From contig JBFWLW010000001.1 in assembly GCA_050251945.1 (NCBI GenBank), positions 480,001-544,000 on the forward strand: a stretch of DNA of 64,000 nt. The letters are read 5' to 3'. Within the stretch, counting starts at the first letter, position 1, and each line of letters starts with the position of its first letter. The notes under the pieces were generated by a model. That model was given only the letters and a program-made list of their open reading frames with translations. It did not search any database and had not been told where the DNA came from. The translations under genes and the position numbers were made by a program. This document shows positions 38,522-46,729 of this stretch, piece after piece. Source of the stretch: Deferribacterales bacterium (GTDB lineage Bacteria > Chrysiogenota > Deferribacteres > Deferribacterales > Geovibrionaceae).

Positions 38522-39745
38522 ATGAGACAGACAAGTTGAACTTGTCCGGTATCTTAAAAGCATTTACTTCCATAGAAGATTTGAACCTAGATCCCTTCGG
38601 CCAGCACCTTTTCTTCAGTGCTCATCTGTCCTTCGCTTACCACTTTCCGGTGCCACCCGGATAATGTGCCGCAGGCTCTTAACCTGTACGGTCGGACGCA
38701 GACGTGGAGCTTGCGCTCCGGGCTTACTACGAATCCTCTGTGCCCTGCCGGATATCCGACAGGTTACATCCCCGATTCAGATAATGCACCAACAGCCTAA
38801 GCTGTCCCGATGCCGTGAGCTTCTACCTCACCTACCCCATGTAATACCTTAGACGGCTCCTGTACTTTAATTTTCGGCGTCGGCACTTATGCCGGCTTTA
38901 ATGCAGTTTTCAGCTTACGAAGTGTCACAGATCAGCTTACTCGCACTTACTTATCAAAGTTTTAAACGGAGCTTCCTCTCGTCGTCATAGTATTTCGTGT
39001 CGCCCTCACGGGCTTTAAACCGACTGCTCTAATTGCAAGGACTTCAGGATGACCAATCCGTTATCTCCCGCAACCGCCGGTTCACTTGCGGGTTAGCAGA
39101 GCTTCAGCTCATGCTCCCCCGACCAAAAGGGTATCTATCCTATCCAGGCGCACCGCTTCGCGCGCTTAAAACGAAACATGAACTCAACCTTTAGTCACAC
39201 CCTGCTTTGGCAAAGCAGGTAGCTCCTGAAGGCTGGTTCCCGAACCATGCGGACGAGTTTCCTTCGTACATGGCTCTCCGGTTCATCCCTTATTCCGTAA
39301 AATGGCTTGAAGTTTCATCGGAGCTGGTCAGGCTCTGGAAATACGGACTTCGGGACTCTCCTACAGTTGAAATGCTTTTAAAAAACCAGGCATCAATCTA
39401 TATCATCAGCTAAAAAGCTGTTGGCTGGGGAAAGTGCCGCTGATTTCGTTCGTTTCTACATACTGCCTCCAAACGGCTACTCGCCGTAACTCAGAGAAAC
39501 GAATCTCATCTTGTGCACTTGCTTATTTTGGTTTGCATCTGCAGACAGAAACACAACCTCACTCAGTCGGGGTCCCTTTCCGGGACTAATGCGTACCTGC
39601 TGTATAGCAGTAAGAAGTGTAACCATGGAATTTAATCACAATATTGCTGTCCTGAGTTTCAGGGTTCCTTTCCGGAACAACACAGCTTTGCCCACGTTGG
39701 CGGACTAACCGGGAGCAATCAAGCTCTATTTATTTCACAATATAT
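38495..39745 (-). ncRNA. Circularly permuted group II intron RNA (DV-DVI, 24-nt exon, DI-DIII)
   Basis: DV GAGCCAUGUACGAAGGAAACUCGUCCGCAUGGUUC (39276-39242); DVI with bulged A at 39184 ending AU at 39178; exon 39177-39154; GUGCG at 39153; EBS2/EBS1 complementary to the exon. Confidence 0.85.
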
Positions 39746-39751
39746 GTCTGG

Positions 39752-39781
39752 AATTTAGTCCGTTATCAGCGTAGATGTCAA
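39752..39781 (-). promoter_or_regulatory. Putative sigma70 promoter for the permuted intron RNA
   Basis: TTGACA (39781-39776)-18nt-TAAATT. Confidence 0.55.
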
Positions 39782-40012
39782 CGCTTTTGCCGTTCGTTAT
39801 ATCCACTTCTGTAATAAACGATAACATTTTGATGTTATTCGTTTATTACTTTTCGATGATGGAACGAAGGATTGTGGAAAAGTCTTACTCCGAAGCTCGT
39901 CTCAACGCCTGCGGGGGTTTCTGCCTTACCCCCGCCCACCGGCGTAGCCTTCGAGCATCTACGGCGACTTTACCACAATCCTTCTCTTTACCATCCATGA
40001 CATTATAAGAGT

Positions 40013-41038
40013 ATGAAAATCGAAAATAACTACTATAACTTACGTCGCTCACAACTGAAAATTCTCATGCGCTCATATTTCCAAAACGGTGAGCTTTATG
40101 AAATCATGAATCGCAAAACAACAAATGAAATGGCGGTCAAGCTGGCTGATAAATATTTTCACAAAGCAGGACCTACTATCTACGATGAAGTGGTCGGCAT
40201 GTACAAAGTGTTCCTCTGCCTTGCACCGATCCTTCAAAAGCAAAAGAACAGCTTCAAGCTGGACTGGACAAAAGGGAATGCCCTCAGCTGGCTCCGGAGG
40301 CTTTTCAACGGAAGAAACAAGAAATGGTACTGCTCGGTATCTGTTCTGCCTCGACAGCACGATCCGGAGCTCTTCAAGCGTGTGTTTCGCAACTTAGGAA
40401 TATCAGATAACGCTTTTATCGAATATGCCCTTGAGAGATATCTCTGCTTTTGGGGAGCCACTGGGCGAAAAGGATCTCTGGCAAACTGCATCTTCGACCC
40501 ACTCTTTTTCAGAACTGATTCCGGACTCAGAATAGAAAACTGCGTAATAAATGTCTCATCAGCCAAAAAAGACGGTTACTCTCATATCTTTCAACAACCG
40601 CTTGAAATCATGTGCTATTCAGTAACAGGATACGAATTATACAATCGTACTCACATAGAAGTACGTCTCTCCGCAGACTATTTAAAATCTATCCGACAAA
40701 GACTTGGGATTGTAGTTGAAGACCGGACAAGCGTTGAACATAAACTAAGACTGATAAACGCACAGATTAATTCGTTTATCGAAAATGCCAGGTATGCAAA
40801 AGATGCATTCGAGCAAGTGAGAGAGGTGCAGCAGTATTTTTCCGGTAAAACAAAACGTCTTGCAGGCGTTAATCCGGAATTCAGACATATCACAGCAGCA
40901 ATAACAACACAGTATCTTGAACGAGTATCGAACCGCTTCACATACCAGCGAAATAACTTTTTCTGGGATAAGGACCACAACTCAATTCCTGAAAAAACAT
41001 TCATGATATATTTCAGTCCATATCGGGAAAAAATATGA
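40013..41038 (+). CDS. Degenerate group II intron RT/maturase-like protein lacking YADD
   Basis: PTIYDEVV..LAPIL (RT2-like), GSLANCIFDPL (RT4-like), RIENCVI at the RYADDFVI position, C-terminal thumb/X-like LRLINAQINSFIENARYA. Confidence 0.7.
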   Translation: MKIENNYYNLRRSQLKILMRSYFQNGELYEIMNRKTTNEMAVKLADKYFHKAGPTIYDEVVGMYKVFLCLAPILQKQKNSFKLDWTKGNALSWLRRLFNGRNKKWYCSVSVLPRQHDPELFKRVFRNLGISDNAFIEYALERYLCFWGATGRKGSLANCIFDPLFFRTDSGLRIENCVINVSSAKKDGYSHIFQQPLEIMCYSVTGYELYNRTHIEVRLSADYLKSIRQRLGIVVEDRTSVEHKLRLINAQINSFIENARYAKDAFEQVREVQQYFSGKTKRLAGVNPEFRHITAAITTQYLERVSNRFTYQRNNFFWDKDHNSIPEKTFMIYFSPYREKI

Positions 41039-41472
41039 AAATTAAAAGAAAAGCGCAGCCGCCAAAACCATACAGATATCGCCGCGATCTGACAGAAGAT
41101 CATTTTTCTATACGCCATGCATTCAGGAAAGGATTCCGTAAGCTGAAAGTTGAAGTCTTGTATTCAGGTCCAGTTTTCAGGAATTTATATTTTCCTATCT
41201 GGGAACGTTACGCTCCCGGAGAGTTCCGATTTCTGAAAACAGAGTTCAGAGAGTGCAACATCACAGTTATCAGCAATACTGACGTGAAACGAATTTGTAA
41301 CTATATCGACATTGACAAATCTGCCATTCTTCAAGTTTTTTTTGATTTTGCAGCCTTACCTGTACTCTCCGCAGAGGCTCGCGATAATGAGTATTCATTC
41401 CTTGCGAGATTCAGATATGAGGGAGTCAATAGCTACGCATTTGCAACAGAAAGATTGATTAAAAAATTTTAA
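41035..41472 (+). CDS. Hypothetical basic protein coupled to the maturase-like gene
   Basis: ATGA overlap with the upstream stop; 145 aa. Confidence 0.65.
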   Translation: MKIKRKAQPPKPYRYRRDLTEDHFSIRHAFRKGFRKLKVEVLYSGPVFRNLYFPIWERYAPGEFRFLKTEFRECNITVISNTDVKRICNYIDIDKSAILQVFFDFAALPVLSAEARDNEYSFLARFRYEGVNSYAFATERLIKKF

Positions 41473-41550
41473 ATAAACTCTTAATCATTGATACATTTGT
41501 AATCATTTCTGAAAAATTTATAAAACATTTCAAAAAGAATCTTAAAACAG

Positions 41551-41569
41551 TTACCCTCTCTGACATTTA
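41551..41569 (+). promoter_or_regulatory. ICE operon-upstream motif TTACCCTCNCTGACATTTA (copy 1)
   Basis: Near-identical to copies at 48698 and 57831. Confidence 0.7.
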
Positions 41570-41596
41570 CTCTTTAGAAAAACTAAGGAGGCATCA

Positions 41597-42529
41597 ATGA
41601 TTGGTATTGATGTAGGATTCGGCGATGTGAAAGCCGCATACCTTGAAAAAGACGAAATTAAGTATCTCAAAATCCCCACGGCAGTAAAATACGCCGGAGC
41701 AAACTCAGCAGGAATAAACGAATCAGGTGTTTATTCTTTCCAGGGTAAAGACTATATAGTCGGCGAAAATGCCCGTTTCGGCGCATTCAGCACCCGCAGC
41801 TATGATTTCCTCAAAAGATACTCCGGTCTGTTCGTATTCCACGTTCTTAAAACACTGAGCATCGAAGATGAGAAAATAGGCATAGGACTGCCTCTGAACT
41901 GGTATTCCAAAAAAGATGACTTTTTCAAAGAATTGACCGCAACAGTGGTAAACGGCGAACTTCTCAAATTTGAACCTAAGCTGTTCCCGCAAGCTGTGGG
42001 TGTTCTGCTTGATTATCGGTACAACATTAAAGGCGAGCTTAAAACTGATACAGACAGAGACGGCATCGTTCTGGATATCGGATACAACACCGTTGATGTC
42101 CTTTGTTTTGAAAAAGGCGCCGCAGTTCGCTCCGATGCAGCAACAATCGAAAAATTCGGTATCTCTCGCATAATCGTCGAACTCACAGACATCATTCAGA
42201 AAGAATACTCTTTCCAGCTTTCAGAACAGGAAACCAAAGAAATCTTCATCTCCGGCAAAATGAAACTTTACGGAGATGAAAAAGATATGTCGGAAACTGT
42301 CAGGTCATTAATCGAAAAATATTTTGAAGAACTCATGCACACAATAGAGGCTCGCTGGGAAAGCAGACTTCAGCGCGCTGAGGTAATGCTGCTTGCCGGC
42401 GGCGGCGCAGTTACCCTCAGAGAGTATATGCCCTCTTCTCTTTCAAAGATCATGGCAGTTCCAGTGCATCCTGAATTCAGCAATGCCCGCGGATATCTCA
42501 AAGGACTGATTAACTCGGAGATAAAGTGA
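41597..42529 (+). CDS. ParM/StbA family actin-like partition ATPase
   Basis: IGIDVGFGDVK, PQAVG, LDIGYNTVD, LAGGGA, FSNARGY. Confidence 0.88.
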   Translation: MIGIDVGFGDVKAAYLEKDEIKYLKIPTAVKYAGANSAGINESGVYSFQGKDYIVGENARFGAFSTRSYDFLKRYSGLFVFHVLKTLSIEDEKIGIGLPLNWYSKKDDFFKELTATVVNGELLKFEPKLFPQAVGVLLDYRYNIKGELKTDTDRDGIVLDIGYNTVDVLCFEKGAAVRSDAATIEKFGISRIIVELTDIIQKEYSFQLSEQETKEIFISGKMKLYGDEKDMSETVRSLIEKYFEELMHTIEARWESRLQRAEVMLLAGGGAVTLREYMPSSLSKIMAVPVHPEFSNARGYLKGLINSEIK

Positions 42530-42729
42530 TGGAAGCATACTTTCAGGTGGCATGTTTTAACTGCTGTAAAGCCGGAAATTGCGGCACAAAGGGCGAATTC
42601 TCACCGGATGAAGACCTTATCCCTTGTTATGAGTTTTCGCCTAAAACAGACGTTCTGACAAGTGCAGTAAAGGCAGCTCGTTCAGGCGTGTACAAAGAAG
42701 AAGCAGAGGTTCAGGCAAATGGCATGTAA
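42526..42729 (+). CDS. Small Cys-rich hypothetical protein
   Basis: Overlapping operon ORF; CFNCCKAGNC. Confidence 0.5.
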   Translation: MMEAYFQVACFNCCKAGNCGTKGEFSPDEDLIPCYEFSPKTDVLTSAVKAARSGVYKEEAEVQANGM

Positions 42730-42970
42730 AAAGAAAACGGGACAAAGCTATTTCAGGGAGTGGTGCATGGAGTGTAAACGCAAAAGTGCAGAACCTAAAC
42801 TACACGGAGACAAGAACGGCGGCACATTTGAGTGCAATGACCTTACATGTCCCGCACAGAGGCACGTTAACGGCATTTATCTCGATGCAAAAGCAATCAA
42901 GACCTATGTGGTCGGTGGTGAGACTGGCAAAAACAACGTTGTCAAACTTGTTAAAAGGAGCGGGATATGA
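42719..42970 (+). CDS. Small Cys-rich hypothetical protein
   Basis: CMEC...CNDLTCP; overlapping operon ORF. Confidence 0.55.
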   Translation: MACKKKTGQSYFREWCMECKRKSAEPKLHGDKNGGTFECNDLTCPAQRHVNGIYLDAKAIKTYVVGGETGKNNVVKLVKRSGI

Positions 42971-43236
42971 CGCACAAACTCCAGATCACAATTAACAACG
43001 ATGAACTCTACAAGACAATCATGTCAATCAGCAAGACCCAGCGCGGACAGTTTGTGACTATGGCTCTCGCGGCCTTCATCGCTACAGATGAAGGTCAGAG
43101 ACTTGTGAACTCATTCGCAAAGCACAAACCAGCACAAGAAACAATCAACGAGGAGCTGAAGAAAACTAGCGAAGCGATGAAAGAAACTAACAGTAAACAA
43201 GGCGGGATCTCCGTCATGGGCGATTTCGGGGAGTAA
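42967..43236 (+). CDS. Possible ParR-like ribbon-helix-helix adaptor
   Basis: HKLQITINNDELYKTI...RGQFVTMAL resembles an RHH; downstream of parM. Confidence 0.5.
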   Translation: MTHKLQITINNDELYKTIMSISKTQRGQFVTMALAAFIATDEGQRLVNSFAKHKPAQETINEELKKTSEAMKETNSKQGGISVMGDFGE

Positions 43237-43246
43237 GGAGTAGCTA

Positions 43247-43534
43247 ATGAAGAAAAAAGCGTTAAGCAAAGAAGAGATAGAAGATAGAGAGTTGGGAAAA
43301 AACTTTGTTCTCGTGATCTTCGGCATACTGTTACTGTTCACTAGTATTAGCCTTGTTCTCGGAAAGAAGGATCCTGTTGTCAGACATACAAGCTATGCAC
43401 CGTGGCATTTTTACTGCGGCGTAGCCATGGCATTTCCTACGTTTGGAAAAATTGTATGCCTTGAAACATCGCTAATCATCATGGAAATGGAAGAGGCTTA
43501 CAAAAGGCAGGGAAAAGACAATGCAAATCAATAA
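43247..43534 (+). CDS. Small membrane protein
   Basis: AAGGAG RBS; hydrophobic segment. Confidence 0.5.
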   Translation: MKKKALSKEEIEDRELGKNFVLVIFGILLLFTSISLVLGKKDPVVRHTSYAPWHFYCGVAMAFPTFGKIVCLETSLIIMEMEEAYKRQGKDNANQ

Positions 43535-44792
43535 ATTTCTTAAAAACAAGCAGAAAAGGGCGTTTAAAGTTAAGCGTATTGTCTGGAAGCACGACAAGAA
43601 AGTGGACTTTGGTTACTTCTATAATGTTGATGATATGTTTGATGGCTACTACCATCATGCCGATGGCATCGTATCAATTTGCGCAGCAAAGCTGAACAAA
43701 AAAGATATCTTTGCAGTATGCTTCACAAAAGACGGTAAATTATGGATACCGGTTCTGAACCTTTCCAACGATTATTGCGAAGTCATAAACCTTCTTCATG
43801 AGTTTGCACGGGCTTTAAAACTTAGAAGAGCAGACTGCGGCTGTTGCTTTCATAAGCGGGACAAAGTCTGTTCAAAATTCGGAAGACTTTCTTCTCTTTG
43901 TGGTTTGATTCTCCGGAATCATCAGTGTGGCGAACACGAAAAGCCGAAGCCATTCTATGAATGTAAAGTCTATGAGTATGAGCTTGTTCGTCCGAGAAGT
44001 GCGGAGAGACTTGCTCAGTTGATGAATGAATTCTATCCGGTTGGCAGCTTCGTTTACATCCCTGATTTTGCGAGAGACTATAAGTTTAAAGTCATTGAGC
44101 ATGATGCTGATACACCTAGCATGATGAAAGTTCAGATTTCCCTTTACCGCTTTGTAGCCGTTAATGTTGAGGTCAATGTCAAGGAACACTATGTGTGCCC
44201 TCATAAAGACATTGGGGATGTTTTTGATTTAAGAACTCGAGATCGGAAGTTTGAACCAAGATGCGAGATTAATATGCTCGCAGATGTAGAATTAGAAAAC
44301 AAAAAGTTATCAATACATCTTGCTCAGATTGACAATTCAACGACATACCAAGTTTCAGATGGGGTTATCACTCCAATTAATCGGAAACCAATTATAGCCG
44401 GAGCTGTTTGTGTTGGCTGTGGTTGTGATGATCTCCACGCATGTATCTCAGAAACGGGAGATGCATGTTACTGGTTGAAAGTTAATTATGACACGAAACA
44501 AGGGGTGTGCTCAGAGTGTGAGAGTCTCATAGACGCTGACATAGATCAGCTACCAACAAAGGTTCAAGAAGACAAAAAATACCATATCAAGCTCGCAGGT
44601 TTTGAACAAGCTGATTATCTCGTTATTGATAACAGGGAAGTTATACAAGCATGTATGACTTCACAGCAAGGGCTTTCTGTGGGACAGCCGATTTATAATT
44701 CGGAACTCAAAATCGGCGATAAACTCCTGACTTTAGTGAATGGAGAGGCAGAAGAAGTTGAATATCCCATAATCTCCTTTAAAGAGGTGTGA
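43521..44792 (+). CDS. Hypothetical protein with Cys-rich zinc-finger-like segments
   Basis: CVGCGCDDLHAC...CYW...CSEC. Confidence 0.65.
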   Translation: MQINKFLKNKQKRAFKVKRIVWKHDKKVDFGYFYNVDDMFDGYYHHADGIVSICAAKLNKKDIFAVCFTKDGKLWIPVLNLSNDYCEVINLLHEFARALKLRRADCGCCFHKRDKVCSKFGRLSSLCGLILRNHQCGEHEKPKPFYECKVYEYELVRPRSAERLAQLMNEFYPVGSFVYIPDFARDYKFKVIEHDADTPSMMKVQISLYRFVAVNVEVNVKEHYVCPHKDIGDVFDLRTRDRKFEPRCEINMLADVELENKKLSIHLAQIDNSTTYQVSDGVITPINRKPIIAGAVCVGCGCDDLHACISETGDACYWLKVNYDTKQGVCSECESLIDADIDQLPTKVQEDKKYHIKLAGFEQADYLVIDNREVIQACMTSQQGLSVGQPIYNSELKIGDKLLTLVNGEAEEVEYPIISFKEV

Positions 44793-45475
44793 AAATGAAA
44801 AAAAACAGCTTTTATACAAAACTAGAAAATACGCTGTTCGAAAAAATTGATCCACAGCTAACGTTAACGATTACTTCGGTTATGGGTCTTGCTCCCGTAG
44901 TGTATTATATGCCAGAACACAATAATATCCCCTTAATTGCATACTCTTTTGTAATGCTAGGTCTCACCATGGCTGGAGTTACACTTGGCATTGCCAAAGA
45001 CAATAAAGAAATCGACAAGCTCTGGTCGGAACACAGAAGAAAACGAGGCAAAGTTCAAGGCAAATATGGTGATCGGATTAAAGAGCTTATTCACAACACA
45101 AATTCTGCGGGTGTGAGAGACCATAAAATAGGAGCCGAAGATATTGCATGGCAACTCGAAACAAGGACTTTTAGAACAGAAGATATACTGGAGAACTATG
45201 AACTGCCATCGCTCGTTGAAATTCATAAATTGTCTGAGCTTTTCTTTTGGAGAACATTCAAACTTGATGCCAATATTTCCGAATTTCCAGAAGAAGAAGG
45301 CAACCGTATTATTCTTTGTAACATGCTTTTCATCATCACAGGTGACGAGCGGTATCTGTCAGAAGATTGTAGACCGGAAAGCTCCGTTGTACGCAAAGTA
45401 TTTGAAGATTACGAAGCAGTTTACAACGCAGAATGTTATGAACTTCTTGAAAGTTACGAACGGAGCCTGACATGA
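44789..45475 (+). CDS. Hypothetical membrane protein
   Basis: Two N-terminal hydrophobic segments; operon overlap. Confidence 0.6.
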   Translation: MKMKKNSFYTKLENTLFEKIDPQLTLTITSVMGLAPVVYYMPEHNNIPLIAYSFVMLGLTMAGVTLGIAKDNKEIDKLWSEHRRKRGKVQGKYGDRIKELIHNTNSAGVRDHKIGAEDIAWQLETRTFRTEDILENYELPSLVEIHKLSELFFWRTFKLDANISEFPEEEGNRIILCNMLFIITGDERYLSEDCRPESSVVRKVFEDYEAVYNAECYELLESYERSLT

Positions 45476-46671
45476 ACTACATAAGCCTTGAAATCAATAA
45501 AGACGGGAAAAACGTTGAGATCCTTCTGGGGGGCACTGTACTGGAAGGCAGCGACATGCAAGGCGGTATCAGGCTGCTTATTAACAACATAGAAGCCAGC
45601 TTACTTAATTCATCTTTACTCGACAAAACTGAAAGAGAGAGCGCTCATCATGACAAACAAGATGAGCTTGAAGAGCAACCGACAACGACAGCACCTGTTG
45701 TTCCCCAGGAGGTGAAGCCCGAAGAACCAGAAAAATCTTTAAAACAGCCGGCTGATAAAAAAGCTGTTCCTGCTAAAGGATCCGCAGCTATTCTCAGCCG
45801 AGCAGTCATTGATTTGATAAACGCTGAATGTTCAGCAAAGGGTTTGAGCATGTTGGGATTCAACGATGTTATCGGAAAATTGTGTGGCAGAAAACCAGCA
45901 ACAATAGGGTTTTACTATTATCAAAGAGCCAATACCCCTGTTGATGTTGCACACATCATTGGTGAAGTGATTGGCTACCAGCTTGAAGTCAAAAAAGATG
46001 AATTTGGTGAAAAAAATTGGTTTCCGGTTAAGCAATGCGATAAAACCAGAGATCTACCGGTTAAACAGAAAAATGTAAAAAAAGTACATAAATCTGTACA
46101 AAAAAACAGTAAGTCCGATGATGTCAGATGTCATCTAAGTACAGAACTTCTTGCCAAAATTGATGAATATTTAAAAATTACGAAATTTTCAAAAGCAAAA
46201 CTGGCGAAGCTGTTAGCTGCAAAATCAGATAAAGCACATCCAACAATACTGAACATGTTTTACGGAGCATTAAGGATGCCGGAGTCTTTGGCACTGAGTC
46301 TTGCTGAAATTCTTGGTATTTCGATAAGTCGTTCACCAAATATGCTCGGTGAAGAGAAGTGGACTATTGCATCGACAGATAAGGGTGACAACGATCTGAG
46401 TGAAAAATCTGAAGCTGGAAACAATGCCGTAACACGTCTATCGACAGGAGTACTCAAACGCATCAAAGAGTACAGAACCGCAATGGCAATAGATGAAATG
46501 CTATTCGCTTACAGGATTGCAAATAATTCAGGGCTCCCGCGCGAAGCATTTATGGATGCTCTTCAGAGTGGAGATGTTTCTGATGAAGTTGCAACCGCAA
46601 TTGGAGATGTTCTTCAGGCAAAACTGCATAAAGTGATGTTCGCTGATGGTGGCGGCGAGTGGAGTTGTTGA
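45472..46671 (+). CDS. Hypothetical protein with three repeated HTH-like modules
   Basis: Repeated LS..vl..I...A..IG.V(L/I)...GE..W pattern. Confidence 0.6.
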   Translation: MNYISLEINKDGKNVEILLGGTVLEGSDMQGGIRLLINNIEASLLNSSLLDKTERESAHHDKQDELEEQPTTTAPVVPQEVKPEEPEKSLKQPADKKAVPAKGSAAILSRAVIDLINAECSAKGLSMLGFNDVIGKLCGRKPATIGFYYYQRANTPVDVAHIIGEVIGYQLEVKKDEFGEKNWFPVKQCDKTRDLPVKQKNVKKVHKSVQKNSKSDDVRCHLSTELLAKIDEYLKITKFSKAKLAKLLAAKSDKAHPTILNMFYGALRMPESLALSLAEILGISISRSPNMLGEEKWTIASTDKGDNDLSEKSEAGNNAVTRLSTGVLKRIKEYRTAMAIDEMLFAYRIANNSGLPREAFMDALQSGDVSDEVATAIGDVLQAKLHKVMFADGGGEWSC

Positions 46672-46729
46672 GTTATCAATATGTTCCTTACCCCTCCGGT
46701 CATTTCAAAAGAAATAACTGGAGGGGATT

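Noticed and set aside
38452..40008. Short ORFs of 60-77 aa across the intron region
   Set aside because: No RBS or recognisable motifs; the region is better explained as a structured minus-strand RNA.
38495..41038. Ordinary mobile group II intron, retron or DGR
   Set aside because: The domain order is permuted, the RT-like ORF is outside and on the opposite strand and lacks YADD, and no TR/VR repeat pair or msr-msd layout was seen.
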